Source: a virus | Lineage: Duplodnaviria > Caudoviricetes | IMG/VR virus record: IMGVR_UViG_3300031857_000007 | Reading direction: 5' to 3' (one strand) | Length of the DNA stretch: 64,000 nucleotides | Shown here: piece after piece, positions 38,799 to 48,573 of the stretch | Position numbering within the stretch: position 1 is the stretch's first letter | Layout: the number at the start of each line of letters is the position of its first letter | Notes under the pieces: model-generated | Database searches by the model: none | What the model saw: the letters and a program-made list of their open reading frames with translations, nothing else | What the model was told of the DNA's origin: nothing | Position numbers and translations under genes: made by a program

Positions 38799-39666
38799 TA
38801 CAAATCTAGTAAGGATAATCGGAAATAATCCGATTAATGTTCCAAACTCAAACATTAATCGGATTTCTGGTCCATCGGTAATTCCGACTGTAGATAAACC
38901 GATTCTCCAACAAATAAATGCTCCTGTTGTTCGTGGTCTTGAAGTTCCTGTTATAGATGCACCAAATACAACTATACAATATCCAATTGTAAAAGTTCCA
39001 ACCCAAGCAGAATTTGATGCTTCTATAAGACCTCAACAAAAACCACAGGAACAACAACCTCCAGAAAAATCAAGAGGATTACCTGATCCTACCCCTGCCC
39101 CCCAACTTCCTCCATCTGCTCAAACCCCTGCTATTCAAACCCCCGTTATTGAATCCCCCAAACGGATTGCGGAAGTTCCTGCAGATTTACCCAAACCTAC
39201 CTTTACTGTCGGTGGAATCAGTATTAATTTACCTGACCCTTCTCTTGTTGCTACGGCTGGTGCTGTCGCAGTAGTTACCACTGCAGCAACAATGGCTTCT
39301 ACAGCAGTCTTAAATGTTCTTAAGAATGCAGCAGAACCTATGCTAAGAGAAGCAGCAAAAAATAAATTTAAAATTAAAATCAAACAGACTAAACCTGTTC
39401 TCCATTATGTTCTATCCGATGGAGGACACGTTGATATATTTGAGTACTCTGCTGAAGGTACACGTTTAGTTGCACAAACAGATAACGTAGAACAGTATAT
39501 CAGAGATCAAGTAGATACGAATGCTCTCTATGAAATAGAAAACAAAGTTATTATTGATGATGTGATGAAAGATAAATTTACAAAAGAAGGGCAAGAGAGA
39601 TTTAAAGGTCTCTATGCCCCACCTAAAAAGATTGCTAAGAAATTATCTGCCCGCCTTTCTTTTTGA
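38743..39666 (+). CDS. Pro-rich membrane-anchored hypothetical protein
   Basis: Pro/Gln-rich N-terminal half, hydrophobic LVATAGAVAVVTTAATMA segment; probable start MEPIN. Confidence 0.65.
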   Translation: MICTNKCLRKSMEPINTINTNLVRIIGNNPINVPNSNINRISGPSVIPTVDKPILQQINAPVVRGLEVPVIDAPNTTIQYPIVKVPTQAEFDASIRPQQKPQEQQPPEKSRGLPDPTPAPQLPPSAQTPAIQTPVIESPKRIAEVPADLPKPTFTVGGISINLPDPSLVATAGAVAVVTTAATMASTAVLNVLKNAAEPMLREAAKNKFKIKIKQTKPVLHYVLSDGGHVDIFEYSAEGTRLVAQTDNVEQYIRDQVDTNALYEIENKVIIDDVMKDKFTKEGQERFKGLYAPPKKIAKKLSARLSF

Positions 39667-40080
39667 TTCCAGTAAAGCGAAATCTTTCTTCTTTGTACCA
39701 CCGTCATATTCCCAAGCATATCCTTCATCAATCATCATCTGATTAACAGACTTTTTCTTATTGACTGCTGATACTTCATTATCACCAATAAAAAGATGTC
39801 CCAGAATTCTACCATACTTTTCGGTAGAATCTGGGAGTTCTGTTTTTACAATAATATCAGTTTGTCCTTCTAACTTTTTCTTGAGCCATTCTTTAACTTC
39901 AAGACCAAGTGTTTTTTCTTTCACATCAGTTGTTCTGCTCTCTGGGGTATCGACACCAGCAAGACGAATTCGCTTAGTAAGAGAGATATCAAAACCAAGA
40001 TCAATAGCAGCGTCAATAGTATCACCATCTACAACCTTTAGAACTTGCTTAATTCTGTAAATATAAGGATCCTTATCCAT
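39643..40080 (-). CDS. Thermonuclease (staphylococcal nuclease-like)
   Basis: KVVDGDTI, RIRLAGVDTPE, KYGRILG, NQMMIDEGYA. Confidence 0.85.
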   Translation of the reverse strand: MDKDPYIYRIKQVLKVVDGDTIDAAIDLGFDISLTKRIRLAGVDTPESRTTDVKEKTLGLEVKEWLKKKLEGQTDIIVKTELPDSTEKYGRILGHLFIGDNEVSAVNKKKSVNQMMIDEGYAWEYDGGTKKKDFALLESKRKAGR

Positions 40081-40292
40081 TAGAATGGTAATTTGAACTT
40101 CTCAGTATTTATTTTAGGAATAGGTAGTTTCTCAAATGCTTTGTTGACTTGATTTTCTACAACCTTTCCAACAAACTCCTCAGGGTTGTTAATGATTGCT
40201 TCTGCTTTTTTATAGGTAACATAAGCACCATAACAAAGTGCTCCACTAATTGCCAGACTCGTCGCTGATAGAATGATCGCAATGTTCTTCAT
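40080..40292 (-). CDS. Small membrane protein
   Basis: N-terminal hydrophobic helix. Confidence 0.65.
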   Translation of the reverse strand: MKNIAIILSATSLAISGALCYGAYVTYKKAEAIINNPEEFVGKVVENQVNKAFEKLPIPKINTEKFKLPF

Positions 40293-40398
40293 CTTTCATT
40301 TCCTCGTTTGCTAATTTTAATATGTAGTAAATGATATATGCAGTAAATGAAAGACCACAAGTTAATATTATAACAACACCCCAAGGAAACTCACTCAT
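40246..40398 (-). CDS. Small membrane protein (50 aa)
   Basis: Hand translation MSEFPWGVVIILTCGLSFTAYIIYYILKLA... Confidence 0.5.
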   Translation of the reverse strand: MSEFPWGVVIILTCGLSFTAYIIYYILKLANEEMKDEEHCDHSISDESGN

Positions 40399-41675
40399 CT
40401 CTGTTCAATCCAGTTCAATACTGCAAGTGCTGTTTTATTTACGTTTGGAGATGCACAAGCAAGGGTAATCGTATCACTAATTGTTCCGATACCAGATCTT
40501 CCAATCTGTAAATCTGCAAGTCTATCAATCTCTATCAAATTAGAACCACCAGAAACCACGAATCCAGAAAGAATATCTCTACCACCAGAAAGTGCAGTTG
40601 CAGAAGTATCATACTGAACAAATGAATCTACATCTGCGTGATTTGTCCAGTTTGGATTAGTCAATGTTGCATTTTGCAAAAGTTTCCAATACACATTAGT
40701 ATTATCATTAGTTACCGCTTGTAGAGATCTTACAAGCATTACTGAATTGAGAGCAGATGATTTGAGACGCAAACTTACAATAGGATAAAATGTATTTGCA
40801 AGTGTCATTGTAGTGCCAGTAATACCATTAGACTGACTCAAAAGAGTTCCAAGTTTATCTGCACCACCTTCTTGAATCAGAGAATTAGAACCTTGATAAA
40901 GGTAATGTGTTCCTGCAACACCAGTTACATTCTCAATCTCGCAACGAATTGGAAGAAAAGGACTAGAACACCAAACTTTATCGAGATTATTTGAGTTATC
41001 AAAGGTATGACTCTTGATAGTTTCTCCCTTCATCAACCAATTAAAATCTACTGTTCCTGCACCATACCACTCATAATTAATAGAAATCATCTGTTGTTTT
41101 GTTGGATCTGCGGTTACACCAGTCCAACCATTACCATCAAACTTTTCACCATTCCAGTCATCTCTACCAACTCTTATTTCTGTAGTAATTCCCGATGTGC
41201 TAGTACGAATTACATAAGAATATGTACCCCCATTATCCTCAAAGTAAGCGCCATTATTATCGTCAAATAATCCAAATCTTCTACGAATACCTACTTGAGG
41301 TTGTTCCAATCTGATTGCAAATGCCAATGTTGCTGGTCTGCCAGGAATGTATCTCATCACATTCTTGGTTTGTCTAGTAACTTTGCTGCCAGCGGTAGAA
41401 CCAACTTGCATGATTATGTTACTGGAATATTGATTCCAAGTTGCGGTTCCAACTCCAACTATTCTCTCATCCCAAACATCAGTCTCTTTACCATACTGGA
41501 AAGTATTGAAGAAAACTGTTTGGAAAGGTGCAGTTTTTAATCTGTTATTGTTGGAAAACTGAGGTCGCCAATCTGTCTGGTTTCCCCAGTGATCTGCAAT
41601 ATTAAAAGTTTCAAAAAGACTTCTCTCCTGATTTAAGAAGTCTTGTGTAGTCTTATTCCACTGAGCCATTGTCAA
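40395..41675 (-). CDS. Hypothetical beta-rich protein, possibly virion-associated
   Basis: ORF track, 426 aa. Confidence 0.65.
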   Translation of the reverse strand: MTMAQWNKTTQDFLNQERSLFETFNIADHWGNQTDWRPQFSNNNRLKTAPFQTVFFNTFQYGKETDVWDERIVGVGTATWNQYSSNIIMQVGSTAGSKVTRQTKNVMRYIPGRPATLAFAIRLEQPQVGIRRRFGLFDDNNGAYFEDNGGTYSYVIRTSTSGITTEIRVGRDDWNGEKFDGNGWTGVTADPTKQQMISINYEWYGAGTVDFNWLMKGETIKSHTFDNSNNLDKVWCSSPFLPIRCEIENVTGVAGTHYLYQGSNSLIQEGGADKLGTLLSQSNGITGTTMTLANTFYPIVSLRLKSSALNSVMLVRSLQAVTNDNTNVYWKLLQNATLTNPNWTNHADVDSFVQYDTSATALSGGRDILSGFVVSGGSNLIEIDRLADLQIGRSGIGTISDTITLACASPNVNKTALAVLNWIEQR

Positions 41676-41992
41676 TCAATCCATTCTAATTTTGAAGGGT
41701 GGTATCTTTGAGAATTTTTAATATTAAAATTCTTTTCTTCCACAGGATAAATGTTATGAACTATCGCCCCTGGATATTCTCTTTGAATTTGTTCACCAAG
41801 TTCTTGCTTTGTCGGAATTCCAGATTTTGTTACCATTTCTAATCTATAAAGATTTCCATTCCACATTACATCGGCAACATATTCCTCACCCACTTGTTGT
41901 GCTTGTGGTTCTGAGCTATTGATATAAAGATTGCCGTTGAAATCTCCAGCAATCGTTACACTTTCTGACAAAAATTGTTTGAAAGATTTCAT
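41672..41992 (-). CDS. Hypothetical protein with MKSFKQFLSE N-terminus
   Basis: N-terminal KxFxxFLxE motif typical of T4-like prohead-protease-processed internal proteins. Confidence 0.6.
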   Translation of the reverse strand: MKSFKQFLSESVTIAGDFNGNLYINSSEPQAQQVGEEYVADVMWNGNLYRLEMVTKSGIPTKQELGEQIQREYPGAIVHNIYPVEEKNFNIKNSQRYHPSKLEWID

Positions 41993-42018
41993 TATTTCTT
42001 ATATTGCTTATATTGTAT

Positions 42019-42765
42019 TTAGTACTTACCTTCAGTGCAATACTCTACTTTTTTATTTGGATAGTATGGATACTTTCCTTCTTGTGGTTTCATAAATCCA
42101 CATCCAATCAACCAATCCATAGTCAAAGGAGTTGGGCGAATTTGATCCCACAATGGACCTTGAGTACACATCTCCAACTTTTCAGCAGTTACATTTGATT
42201 GTTCTTCTGCCCAATTTGCATCTGCCTCCCAAGGAACTGCACGACTTTGCATCATAGATTCGTAAGTAAGTCTAGTTGATTTCAATACCCAAGCAGGAAT
42301 TTCTGAGTCTTGATGTACCTGAGCCATAAAAGAAGTCTTCAATCCACCACCCATACAATCTTGAACCGTATGCCATCCCTCATGACGAAGTGTTCCTAAA
42401 AATTCTCTTGGATCTTTAAGAAGAGTTTCATTAATAAAGAAACGATTATAATTTGGTTTGTATAATCCCACTGTTCTTGGAGTAAAATATCTTTCTGGTG
42501 CGACATAAACAGGGACTTCAAGTTTATTGAGAGCAGTTACAATTCTTACAATTTCCTCTCTAAATGGATCGAAGTCCTGATTTTTTAAAAATTCAGATTC
42601 TGCTGTTAATTTTTCAATACCTTCTGTACATTCCAAAAGTATCATACAACCCATTGCCTCTAAACTGTAAGGTCTTACTGTAGGTTGAGTGTTTAAAAGT
42701 TTATCTGCGTAAGCAGGAAGAGTTAAAGTTAAAGTTATTCCGATTGCTGCAATGAATTTTTTCAT
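42019..42765 (-). CDS. Secreted putative zinc metallopeptidase
   Basis: Signal peptide MKKFIAAIGITLTLTLPAYA; LRHEGWH is an HExxH motif. Confidence 0.55.
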   Translation of the reverse strand: MKKFIAAIGITLTLTLPAYADKLLNTQPTVRPYSLEAMGCMILLECTEGIEKLTAESEFLKNQDFDPFREEIVRIVTALNKLEVPVYVAPERYFTPRTVGLYKPNYNRFFINETLLKDPREFLGTLRHEGWHTVQDCMGGGLKTSFMAQVHQDSEIPAWVLKSTRLTYESMMQSRAVPWEADANWAEEQSNVTAEKLEMCTQGPLWDQIRPTPLTMDWLIGCGFMKPQEGKYPYYPNKKVEYCTEGKY

Positions 42766-42962
42766 TCATTCCACCATCCTTCTTCTTTGTGTATCCAGAC
42801 TTTCAAATCTTTTACATACTTTCTCAAGATCTGGGCCTGTTCTTCATGCCAAAAATCACCCGTCTCCATATAGAGGCGGGTGTGATTGTCTATTGCTTGG
42901 AGTATTTTGTGGATTGGAGCATTCCAACACTCCCTCTTTGGAGTGTTCCATTCTCTTGGCAT
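42762..42962 (-). CDS. Hypothetical protein
   Basis: ORF track. Confidence 0.55.
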   Translation of the reverse strand: MPREWNTPKRECWNAPIHKILQAIDNHTRLYMETGDFWHEEQAQILRKYVKDLKVWIHKEEGWWNE

Positions 42963-43069
42963 GGGTATGTGAATGTGTATATTTGATTATCACCTAAAAA
43001 ATCTGTTTTGCATAAATCAGGTCCAACTATCACATGCCCAACAATACTCAAAGTCACAAACTCAATCAT
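42890..43069 (-). CDS. Small hypothetical protein (59 aa)
   Basis: Hand translation MIEFVTLSIVGHVIVGPDLCKTDFL...; ATGA-coupled. Confidence 0.4.
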   Translation of the reverse strand: MIEFVTLSIVGHVIVGPDLCKTDFLGDNQIYTFTYPCQENGTLQRGSVGMLQSTKYSKQ

Positions 43070-43167
43070 TTTTTCTTTCCACCATTCTTTGCTTTTTTAG
43101 CAGTAGCATTTCCACTATTCTGCTTAGCATTAGCAGACTTGCTTTTTTTATTCTTTGGTTTACCCAT
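43066..43167 (-). CDS. Lys-rich micropeptide (33 aa)
   Basis: MGKPKNKKSKSANAKQNSGNATAKKAKNGGKKK; coupled to both neighbours. Confidence 0.45.
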   Translation of the reverse strand: MGKPKNKKSKSANAKQNSGNATAKKAKNGGKKK

Positions 43168-43556
43168 CACAGATCTCCTCTTGAGTATGGTTTTTCTTCA
43201 TCAACTTTTGCTTCAAGTGCTTCAACTCTTTCCTCAAGAGAAGTCTCTGAATCTTCAGTTATCGTTTCATGAACCACGGATTCTACAATCGCCTCAGCGA
43301 CTGGAGTTGGAGGTGTTTCTACGAACTCCTCCCTTTTAGGTTGGGTCTTTTTTTCATCATCATCATCACCACCCTTCTTCATTGTGTTAATACCGAAAGT
43401 AGCAGCAGATGCGGTGAAAACAGTAGCAATAAAAGTGGGGTCCATCTTAGATAGAGCCCCAGCATAACTAGCAGTAAGAAGAGCGGCAGACCAACCCAAA
43501 ATCGCAATACGAATAACAGTACTCATACACTTTTCTCTTTTGTTTGGTGTATCCAT
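43167..43556 (-). CDS. Two-TM membrane protein with acidic coiled-coil tail
   Basis: Two hydrophobic helices followed by LEERVEALE. Confidence 0.65.
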   Translation of the reverse strand: MDTPNKREKCMSTVIRIAILGWSAALLTASYAGALSKMDPTFIATVFTASAATFGINTMKKGGDDDDEKKTQPKREEFVETPPTPVAEAIVESVVHETITEDSETSLEERVEALEAKVDEEKPYSRGDL

Positions 43557-43591
43557 CAGTCCTTTTGATGATGTCTTTTATATTTAGGATT

Positions 43592-45739
43592 TTAGAACTT
43601 AAATTTAAGTTTCGCAGACACCACTGTATTAGAAACACCATCATTGATTTGATGTATTCCTTCAACGATTACCATTTCCTTATAATCAACAGAAGCATTT
43701 GCCTCAATCATTCCGCTGGTTTCATAAGAACCACCGACAGTTATGCCGAATAAATCCTTTTTCTTACCACCAAAACGATGTGAAATATTTAGACCAACCT
43801 CACCAGAATGTGAAGTTTTGTTTATAGCATCAACAGTTCTTCTGGACTGAATAGAACCAGTTTCAGTAAAACCATCTCTTTGATAATTACTAATAGTATA
43901 TCCAACAAATGGAGTTATGTTCTTATTGAGATGCCAGAATAATCTGTTATTAACAAACCACTCTTTTCCTTGTGTTGAACTTTCGTTTCCAAAGATACCC
44001 TGAACATTTCTGGATACATTATATTTGTTCTGTGAGAAACCAACATTTGTTAAGAGTGATGTTGTATTTCCACGGAACATATTGAAGAAACCATAATGGT
44101 TCTTAAGAAGTTTAGAAGTGCTATCAACACCACCCAAATCAATATTCACATTATTATACTGTCCACCAATAGTCCAAGTTGGTTTAATATCAATTTCTAA
44201 TCCACCACCAATAATCAGGGACTTACCATAGTATCCATAATCACCAGAAGACCAAGCATAATAGTTGTTGCTGAATACTCTTACTCTGTCTGTAGTTGGC
44301 TCAGTTGGTTCATAGATAAAAAGATTTTGTAATCCACCACCAATCTTATCTAAAACATCGTATTGATCTGTGCGTCCAGAAAGAACATCATGAGTATTCT
44401 TGGTATCAACAGAAAGAAGTAAAGAATAAACTACAGTGTTATCACTATAAGTATCTTGTCTCAATAAAGGAGTTTCAGTTGTAGTCTCAAAGTTTCTTCT
44501 AATCTTTTGAACTCCATCCTTTTCAGATGCTTTATGTGTTATTTCAGTTTTAGAAACAACAGGAAGTCCAGGTGCAGGAACAGTTACAGAGTTTAATAAT
44601 GTTGGTGGTTCTGGAGTTGGTTCAGGTGTAGGTTCAGGTGTAGGTTCAGGAGTTGATTCAGGAGTGGGTTCTGGTGTAGGAGTTGGTTCTGGAGTAGGTT
44701 CTGGTGCTGGTGTTGGATCTGGAGTAGGTTCTGGTTCTGGTGTAGGTTCAGGAGTTGGTTCTGGTGTAGGATCAGGAGTTGGTTCTGGTGTAGGATCAGG
44801 AGTTGGAGTTGGATCAGGTGTAGGTTCTGGTGTAGGTGCTACTTCATCAACAGAAGGAGCATCTGGATTGTTTGGGGCAACAGGGGTAAATGTTTGTCCG
44901 TTCTGTGTTGTAGTTCCAGGTTGACTATCAACCAAAAGAACTGGTGATAATGCAGTATCTCCAAGATTGAATACTGCAAATCCTAAGAGATAATCACCAT
45001 TAGCACCTACTTGATATGTGGAATACTGCCATCCAGTAGAACCATAAGTTCCAGTTGAATAGTCACCAGTTCCAGGATTGGTAAATCCAAGCAAAGCATA
45101 GTTTTGAAGTTGATTATTAACTGTTACTGTTGGAGATGAACCTGTTCCCTGATAAACAAGTGATGTAATAGAACCATCATTGAAAGGAACATAATCAGTT
45201 CCAATGTAGTTCCAAGACATTGTATAAACTTTACCAGTTTCCAAGGTAACTGACTTTGTAATCCAAGCAGCATCAGTAGGAGTTGGATTTCCTAGTCCAG
45301 ATGCTTGCTGTTGTTGAATAAGAAGGTCTTTGATTGCTTGATTTTCTTCTGGTGTTAAACCAAGTGCTTCTGTTGCTTGGTTAAATGTTGCTTGACCATT
45401 TGGTTGTAATGCAGCACCAGCAGTTCCATAAGGACCAAACTCCCAAGTAGATGGGGTTACTGCTGGCTGATAATAAGGATTGGGAGATCCATCTTGTAGA
45501 GTTGGACTTCCTACTGCTGGGTGAGAAGGTGCATTGAAGATCACTGGATTATCGACAACACTAACACCTGTTCCTTGTCCTGTGATTGTGCTATCTAATG
45601 TTCCTGTTTGAGTTCCAGTATTCCATCCTGAAGTATTCCCAGTCTCAAAATCTGTACCAGAAATTGTATCTGCAAATGCAGTTGGTGCTCCCATTAAAAG
45701 AGCAGACGCTACAGCAAGCGCCTTTTTAGCGTAAGACAT
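43592..45739 (-). CDS. Autotransporter-like surface protein: signal peptide, beta-rich passenger, Pro/Thr stalk, C-terminal beta-barrel
   Basis: [23 protein letters not shown]; (PTPE/PTPD)n; amphipathic C-terminal strands ending in KLKFKF. Confidence 0.65.
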   Translation of the reverse strand: MSYAKKALAVASALLMGAPTAFADTISGTDFETGNTSGWNTGTQTGTLDSTITGQGTGVSVVDNPVIFNAPSHPAVGSPTLQDGSPNPYYQPAVTPSTWEFGPYGTAGAALQPNGQATFNQATEALGLTPEENQAIKDLLIQQQQASGLGNPTPTDAAWITKSVTLETGKVYTMSWNYIGTDYVPFNDGSITSLVYQGTGSSPTVTVNNQLQNYALLGFTNPGTGDYSTGTYGSTGWQYSTYQVGANGDYLLGFAVFNLGDTALSPVLLVDSQPGTTTQNGQTFTPVAPNNPDAPSVDEVAPTPEPTPDPTPTPDPTPEPTPDPTPEPTPEPTPEPEPTPDPTPAPEPTPEPTPTPEPTPESTPEPTPEPTPEPTPEPPTLLNSVTVPAPGLPVVSKTEITHKASEKDGVQKIRRNFETTTETPLLRQDTYSDNTVVYSLLLSVDTKNTHDVLSGRTDQYDVLDKIGGGLQNLFIYEPTEPTTDRVRVFSNNYYAWSSGDYGYYGKSLIIGGGLEIDIKPTWTIGGQYNNVNIDLGGVDSTSKLLKNHYGFFNMFRGNTTSLLTNVGFSQNKYNVSRNVQGIFGNESSTQGKEWFVNNRLFWHLNKNITPFVGYTISNYQRDGFTETGSIQSRRTVDAINKTSHSGEVGLNISHRFGGKKKDLFGITVGGSYETSGMIEANASVDYKEMVIVEGIHQINDGVSNTVVSAKLKFKF
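44604..44838 (-). repeat. 12-bp-based tandem coding repeat (PTPE/PTPD), about 19 units
   Basis: ggtgtaggttca / ggagttggttct repeats visible in the DNA. Confidence 0.9.
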
Positions 45740-45743
45740 AAAA

Positions 45744-45825
45744 AGTCCTCTATGGCTCAGTGTGTACTAAACGAAACAAACTAAAGTTGTTTAAAAGTAA
45801 AGTATTCACCAAGTCACAGAGGACT
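45744..45825 (-). promoter_or_regulatory. Long 5'-UTR stem-loop sequestering the SD of the autotransporter-like gene
   Basis: AGTCCTCTGTG-A-CTTGGTG pairs with CACTGAG-C-CATAGAGGACT; AGAGGA lies a few nt upstream of the ATG. Confidence 0.6.
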
Positions 45826-45881
45826 CGGAGTATGTAGATTCAGACCATTTAAGATCAAGAATCAGTTATGATTGTTACTAT

Positions 45882-46577
45882 TTATCCTTTTTTCCAGGCT
45901 TCGCCTTCTGCCTTTCTTCTACGAGCAAGTCCTGCTTCAACATTAGAACCGGGATTGCGGTAGAGATAAAGAGCATCGGGAACTAAGTCCCACTCCTTAT
46001 TCTTCAAGCGTTTAGTAATAGTATTAAAGTTATCACCACCGTAAAAACCGGCACCAAGATTATAAGCAAAGCTGAGCAAAGCTCCCCTCTTTCCATCTGA
46101 CATTTCTCCCCAATGTGGAATTTTACGAAGTGCAGGGAGGAACTGATTTTTACATTGTGTAATTAAAAGTTCATCTGCTTCCGCTTGAGTGATAGAATCA
46201 CCCATTTGGAATGGTTGTCCATTCTTATCTCTAGTAGATCCCCAACCAATTGTAATTGGAAGTCCACCAGTAAGAGGATCAGGATATGCCGATAAATGAC
46301 ATCCTTCAAATTCCTTGATTAATTTAATTCCCATCATTGGAACATCATCACCACCTACTGTAGCAGGTGAAGAAGATGCTGCAGGAGCAGAAGCAGAATT
46401 TATTGTAGATGCTCCTACAGCACTAGACTTTTTTCCGCGATAAATTTCAGCCCAGTCTACATTATCCTCAAGAAACTTATTTGGCAGATGATCCTCTAGC
46501 CATTGAACTGCTTTAACATGATTGGGATTCTTTTCATCATAAAATTTAAAAAAGTTATGTAAATCAATTCTTGCCAT
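45882..46577 (-). CDS. GH24 (phage lysozyme) endolysin with N-terminal accessory domain
   Basis: LIKEFEG..L.AYPDP......TIGWG, ALLSFAYNLG, GLARRRKAE. Confidence 0.9.
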   Translation of the reverse strand: MARIDLHNFFKFYDEKNPNHVKAVQWLEDHLPNKFLEDNVDWAEIYRGKKSSAVGASTINSASAPAASSSPATVGGDDVPMMGIKLIKEFEGCHLSAYPDPLTGGLPITIGWGSTRDKNGQPFQMGDSITQAEADELLITQCKNQFLPALRKIPHWGEMSDGKRGALLSFAYNLGAGFYGGDNFNTITKRLKNKEWDLVPDALYLYRNPGSNVEAGLARRRKAEGEAWKKG

Positions 46578-46704
46578 TGTTACCTCCGAAATACTTTAGA
46601 TAAAGTTGATTTGCTTCTACATGCTTACCATGATTGGTAAGATCTTTAATTCTCTGTAAGATCTTTCTCTTAAAATTAATCGAAAATTCTTCCCCACCCA
46701 TCAT
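46564..46704 (-). CDS. Small hypothetical protein
   Basis: ORF track (46564..46764); probable start MMGGEEF. Confidence 0.4.
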   Translation of the reverse strand: MMGGEEFSINFKRKILQRIKDLTNHGKHVEANQLYLKYFGGNNGKN

Positions 46705-47347
46705 TGCCTCCTGGACACCAACGGTGCTTAAGAACTGCCTTGGTGTAAATGGTCTTCTTACCATTTGTCACGGGACCAGTATAGTTATCATTGAGTGAAC
46801 CATATGGATCATTGATATAGTATCCTTTACCGTCTGGCGTTTTTCCGATTACAACACACATGTGCCCACCAGTAGGTGCAGATAAAGAACCCCTGTGCAG
46901 GATACCAATAACAACAGGTTTCCCAGCATCAAGACTCTTATCAATGTCAGCAAAAGAAAGATTGTAACTAAAGTGTGACTTAACTCCATAAGCTGCCAGA
47001 ACCTTTGTCTGTACCGCATGGTCAGTCGTATCACCAATCTCAAATACTTTCTTAACGTATTCGTCATCACCTTTAATGCTTCCTGGTTTGAGGAAAGCAA
47101 GACACATAGCACATGACGAAGAGTTACAAGTCCTATGTGCATCTCTGTAGTTGTCTACTTGATTGAAGTATGGAACTGCGAGAACTTCTGGAGTGGGTGG
47201 TTTAGTTCTAAAAATTGAAACCCACTCAGTCTCTGAGTCATCCATAAACTCAGCAGGAAGGTTATCCTCTAACCACTGTACTGCTGCTACATGATTTGCA
47301 TTACCATCATCATAATACTTAAAAAAGTTATGAAGATCTAAGGTCAT
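46676..47347 (-). CDS. C39-like cysteine peptidase with the same N-terminal domain as the lysozyme
   Basis: VPYFNQ, TCNSSSCAM (Cys), GGHMCV (His), INDPYG (Asp). Confidence 0.75.
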   Translation of the reverse strand: MTLDLHNFFKYYDDGNANHVAAVQWLEDNLPAEFMDDSETEWVSIFRTKPPTPEVLAVPYFNQVDNYRDAHRTCNSSSCAMCLAFLKPGSIKGDDEYVKKVFEIGDTTDHAVQTKVLAAYGVKSHFSYNLSFADIDKSLDAGKPVVIGILHRGSLSAPTGGHMCVVIGKTPDGKGYYINDPYGSLNDNYTGPVTNGKKTIYTKAVLKHRWCPGGNDGWGRIFD

Positions 47348-47371
47348 TGGATATTACTCTAAACACTCAGA

Positions 47372-47379
47372 TATTTATA
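47372..47379 (-). promoter_or_regulatory. T4-type late promoter TATAAATA for the lysis genes
   Basis: Exact consensus 25 nt upstream of ATG 47347. Confidence 0.75.
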
Positions 47380-47404
47380 AAAAAAGCGCCTTTTTGGGCG
47401 CTTT
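47380..47404 (-). terminator. Intrinsic terminator after peroxiredoxin
   Basis: AAGCGCCC-AAAA-AGGCGCTT followed by T-run. Confidence 0.7.
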
Positions 47405-47412
47405 GTTTATTT

Positions 47413-47940
47413 TCAAGCAGTAACAGTTTCTCGAACTGTAGATTTCACATATTCAAAAACATTTTCTGGAGTAGTCTCTTCGTAAGGATCTGTGTCTGCA
47501 TTGTCACGTTGCCCCACTTCAACGAATAGTTTTTCGATGATTCCGTTATCCACGACTGCAGCATAACGCCAAGAGCGATCACCGAAACCAAGGTTAGACT
47601 TATTGACAAGCATACCCATAGAACGTGTGAAATATGCATTACCGTCTGGAATGAGTTTGACTTTTTCAATGTTCTGGTCTTGTGCCCAGGCATTCATCAC
47701 AAACCCATCATTAACAGAGAGGCAGTAAATATCGTCGATGCCAAGACCAATAAAGTCGTCGTATTTCTCTTCGAATCCAGGAAGCTGATAGGCACTGCAA
47801 GTAGGAGTGAAAGCACCAGGCAGACTAAAAATGACCACTCGCTTTCCATTGAAAAGTTCAGAAGATGTACGACTTACAAACTCACCATTCTCACGAAACT
47901 GAAATTGAACCTCAGGAATGGTATAACCTTCTCTACGCAT
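47413..47940 (-). CDS. Peroxiredoxin (Prx5/PGdx type)
   Basis: FSLPGAFTPTCS, SVNDGFVMNAW, RSWRYA. Confidence 0.9.
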   Translation of the reverse strand: MRREGYTIPEVQFQFRENGEFVSRTSSELFNGKRVVIFSLPGAFTPTCSAYQLPGFEEKYDDFIGLGIDDIYCLSVNDGFVMNAWAQDQNIEKVKLIPDGNAYFTRSMGMLVNKSNLGFGDRSWRYAAVVDNGIIEKLFVEVGQRDNADTDPYEETTPENVFEYVKSTVRETVTA

Positions 47941-47951
47941 AGTAACCTCCA

Positions 47952-48067
47952 TCAAAATACACCAGGAATAATTTGACCTGTAGTAAGATAAGATCCAGCA
48001 GCGGCGACAAATCCAATCATTGCTGCCCAACCGTTAATACGTTCTGCTTTTTCGGTAAAAAGATTTT

Positions 48068-48071
<4 letters not shown>
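47952..48071 (-). CDS. hli: High-light-inducible protein (39 aa)
   Basis: Hand translation ...AERINGWAAMIGFVAAAGSYLTTGQIIPGVF. Confidence 0.9.

Positions 48072-48573
<502 letters not shown>

Noticed and set aside
44604-44838. Possible CRISPR or non-coding repeat array
   Set aside because: The repeats are in-frame 12-bp coding units with no unique spacers.
44664-44924. Plus-strand GSGV-repeat ORF
   Set aside because: Reverse-complement reading of the PTPE repeat.
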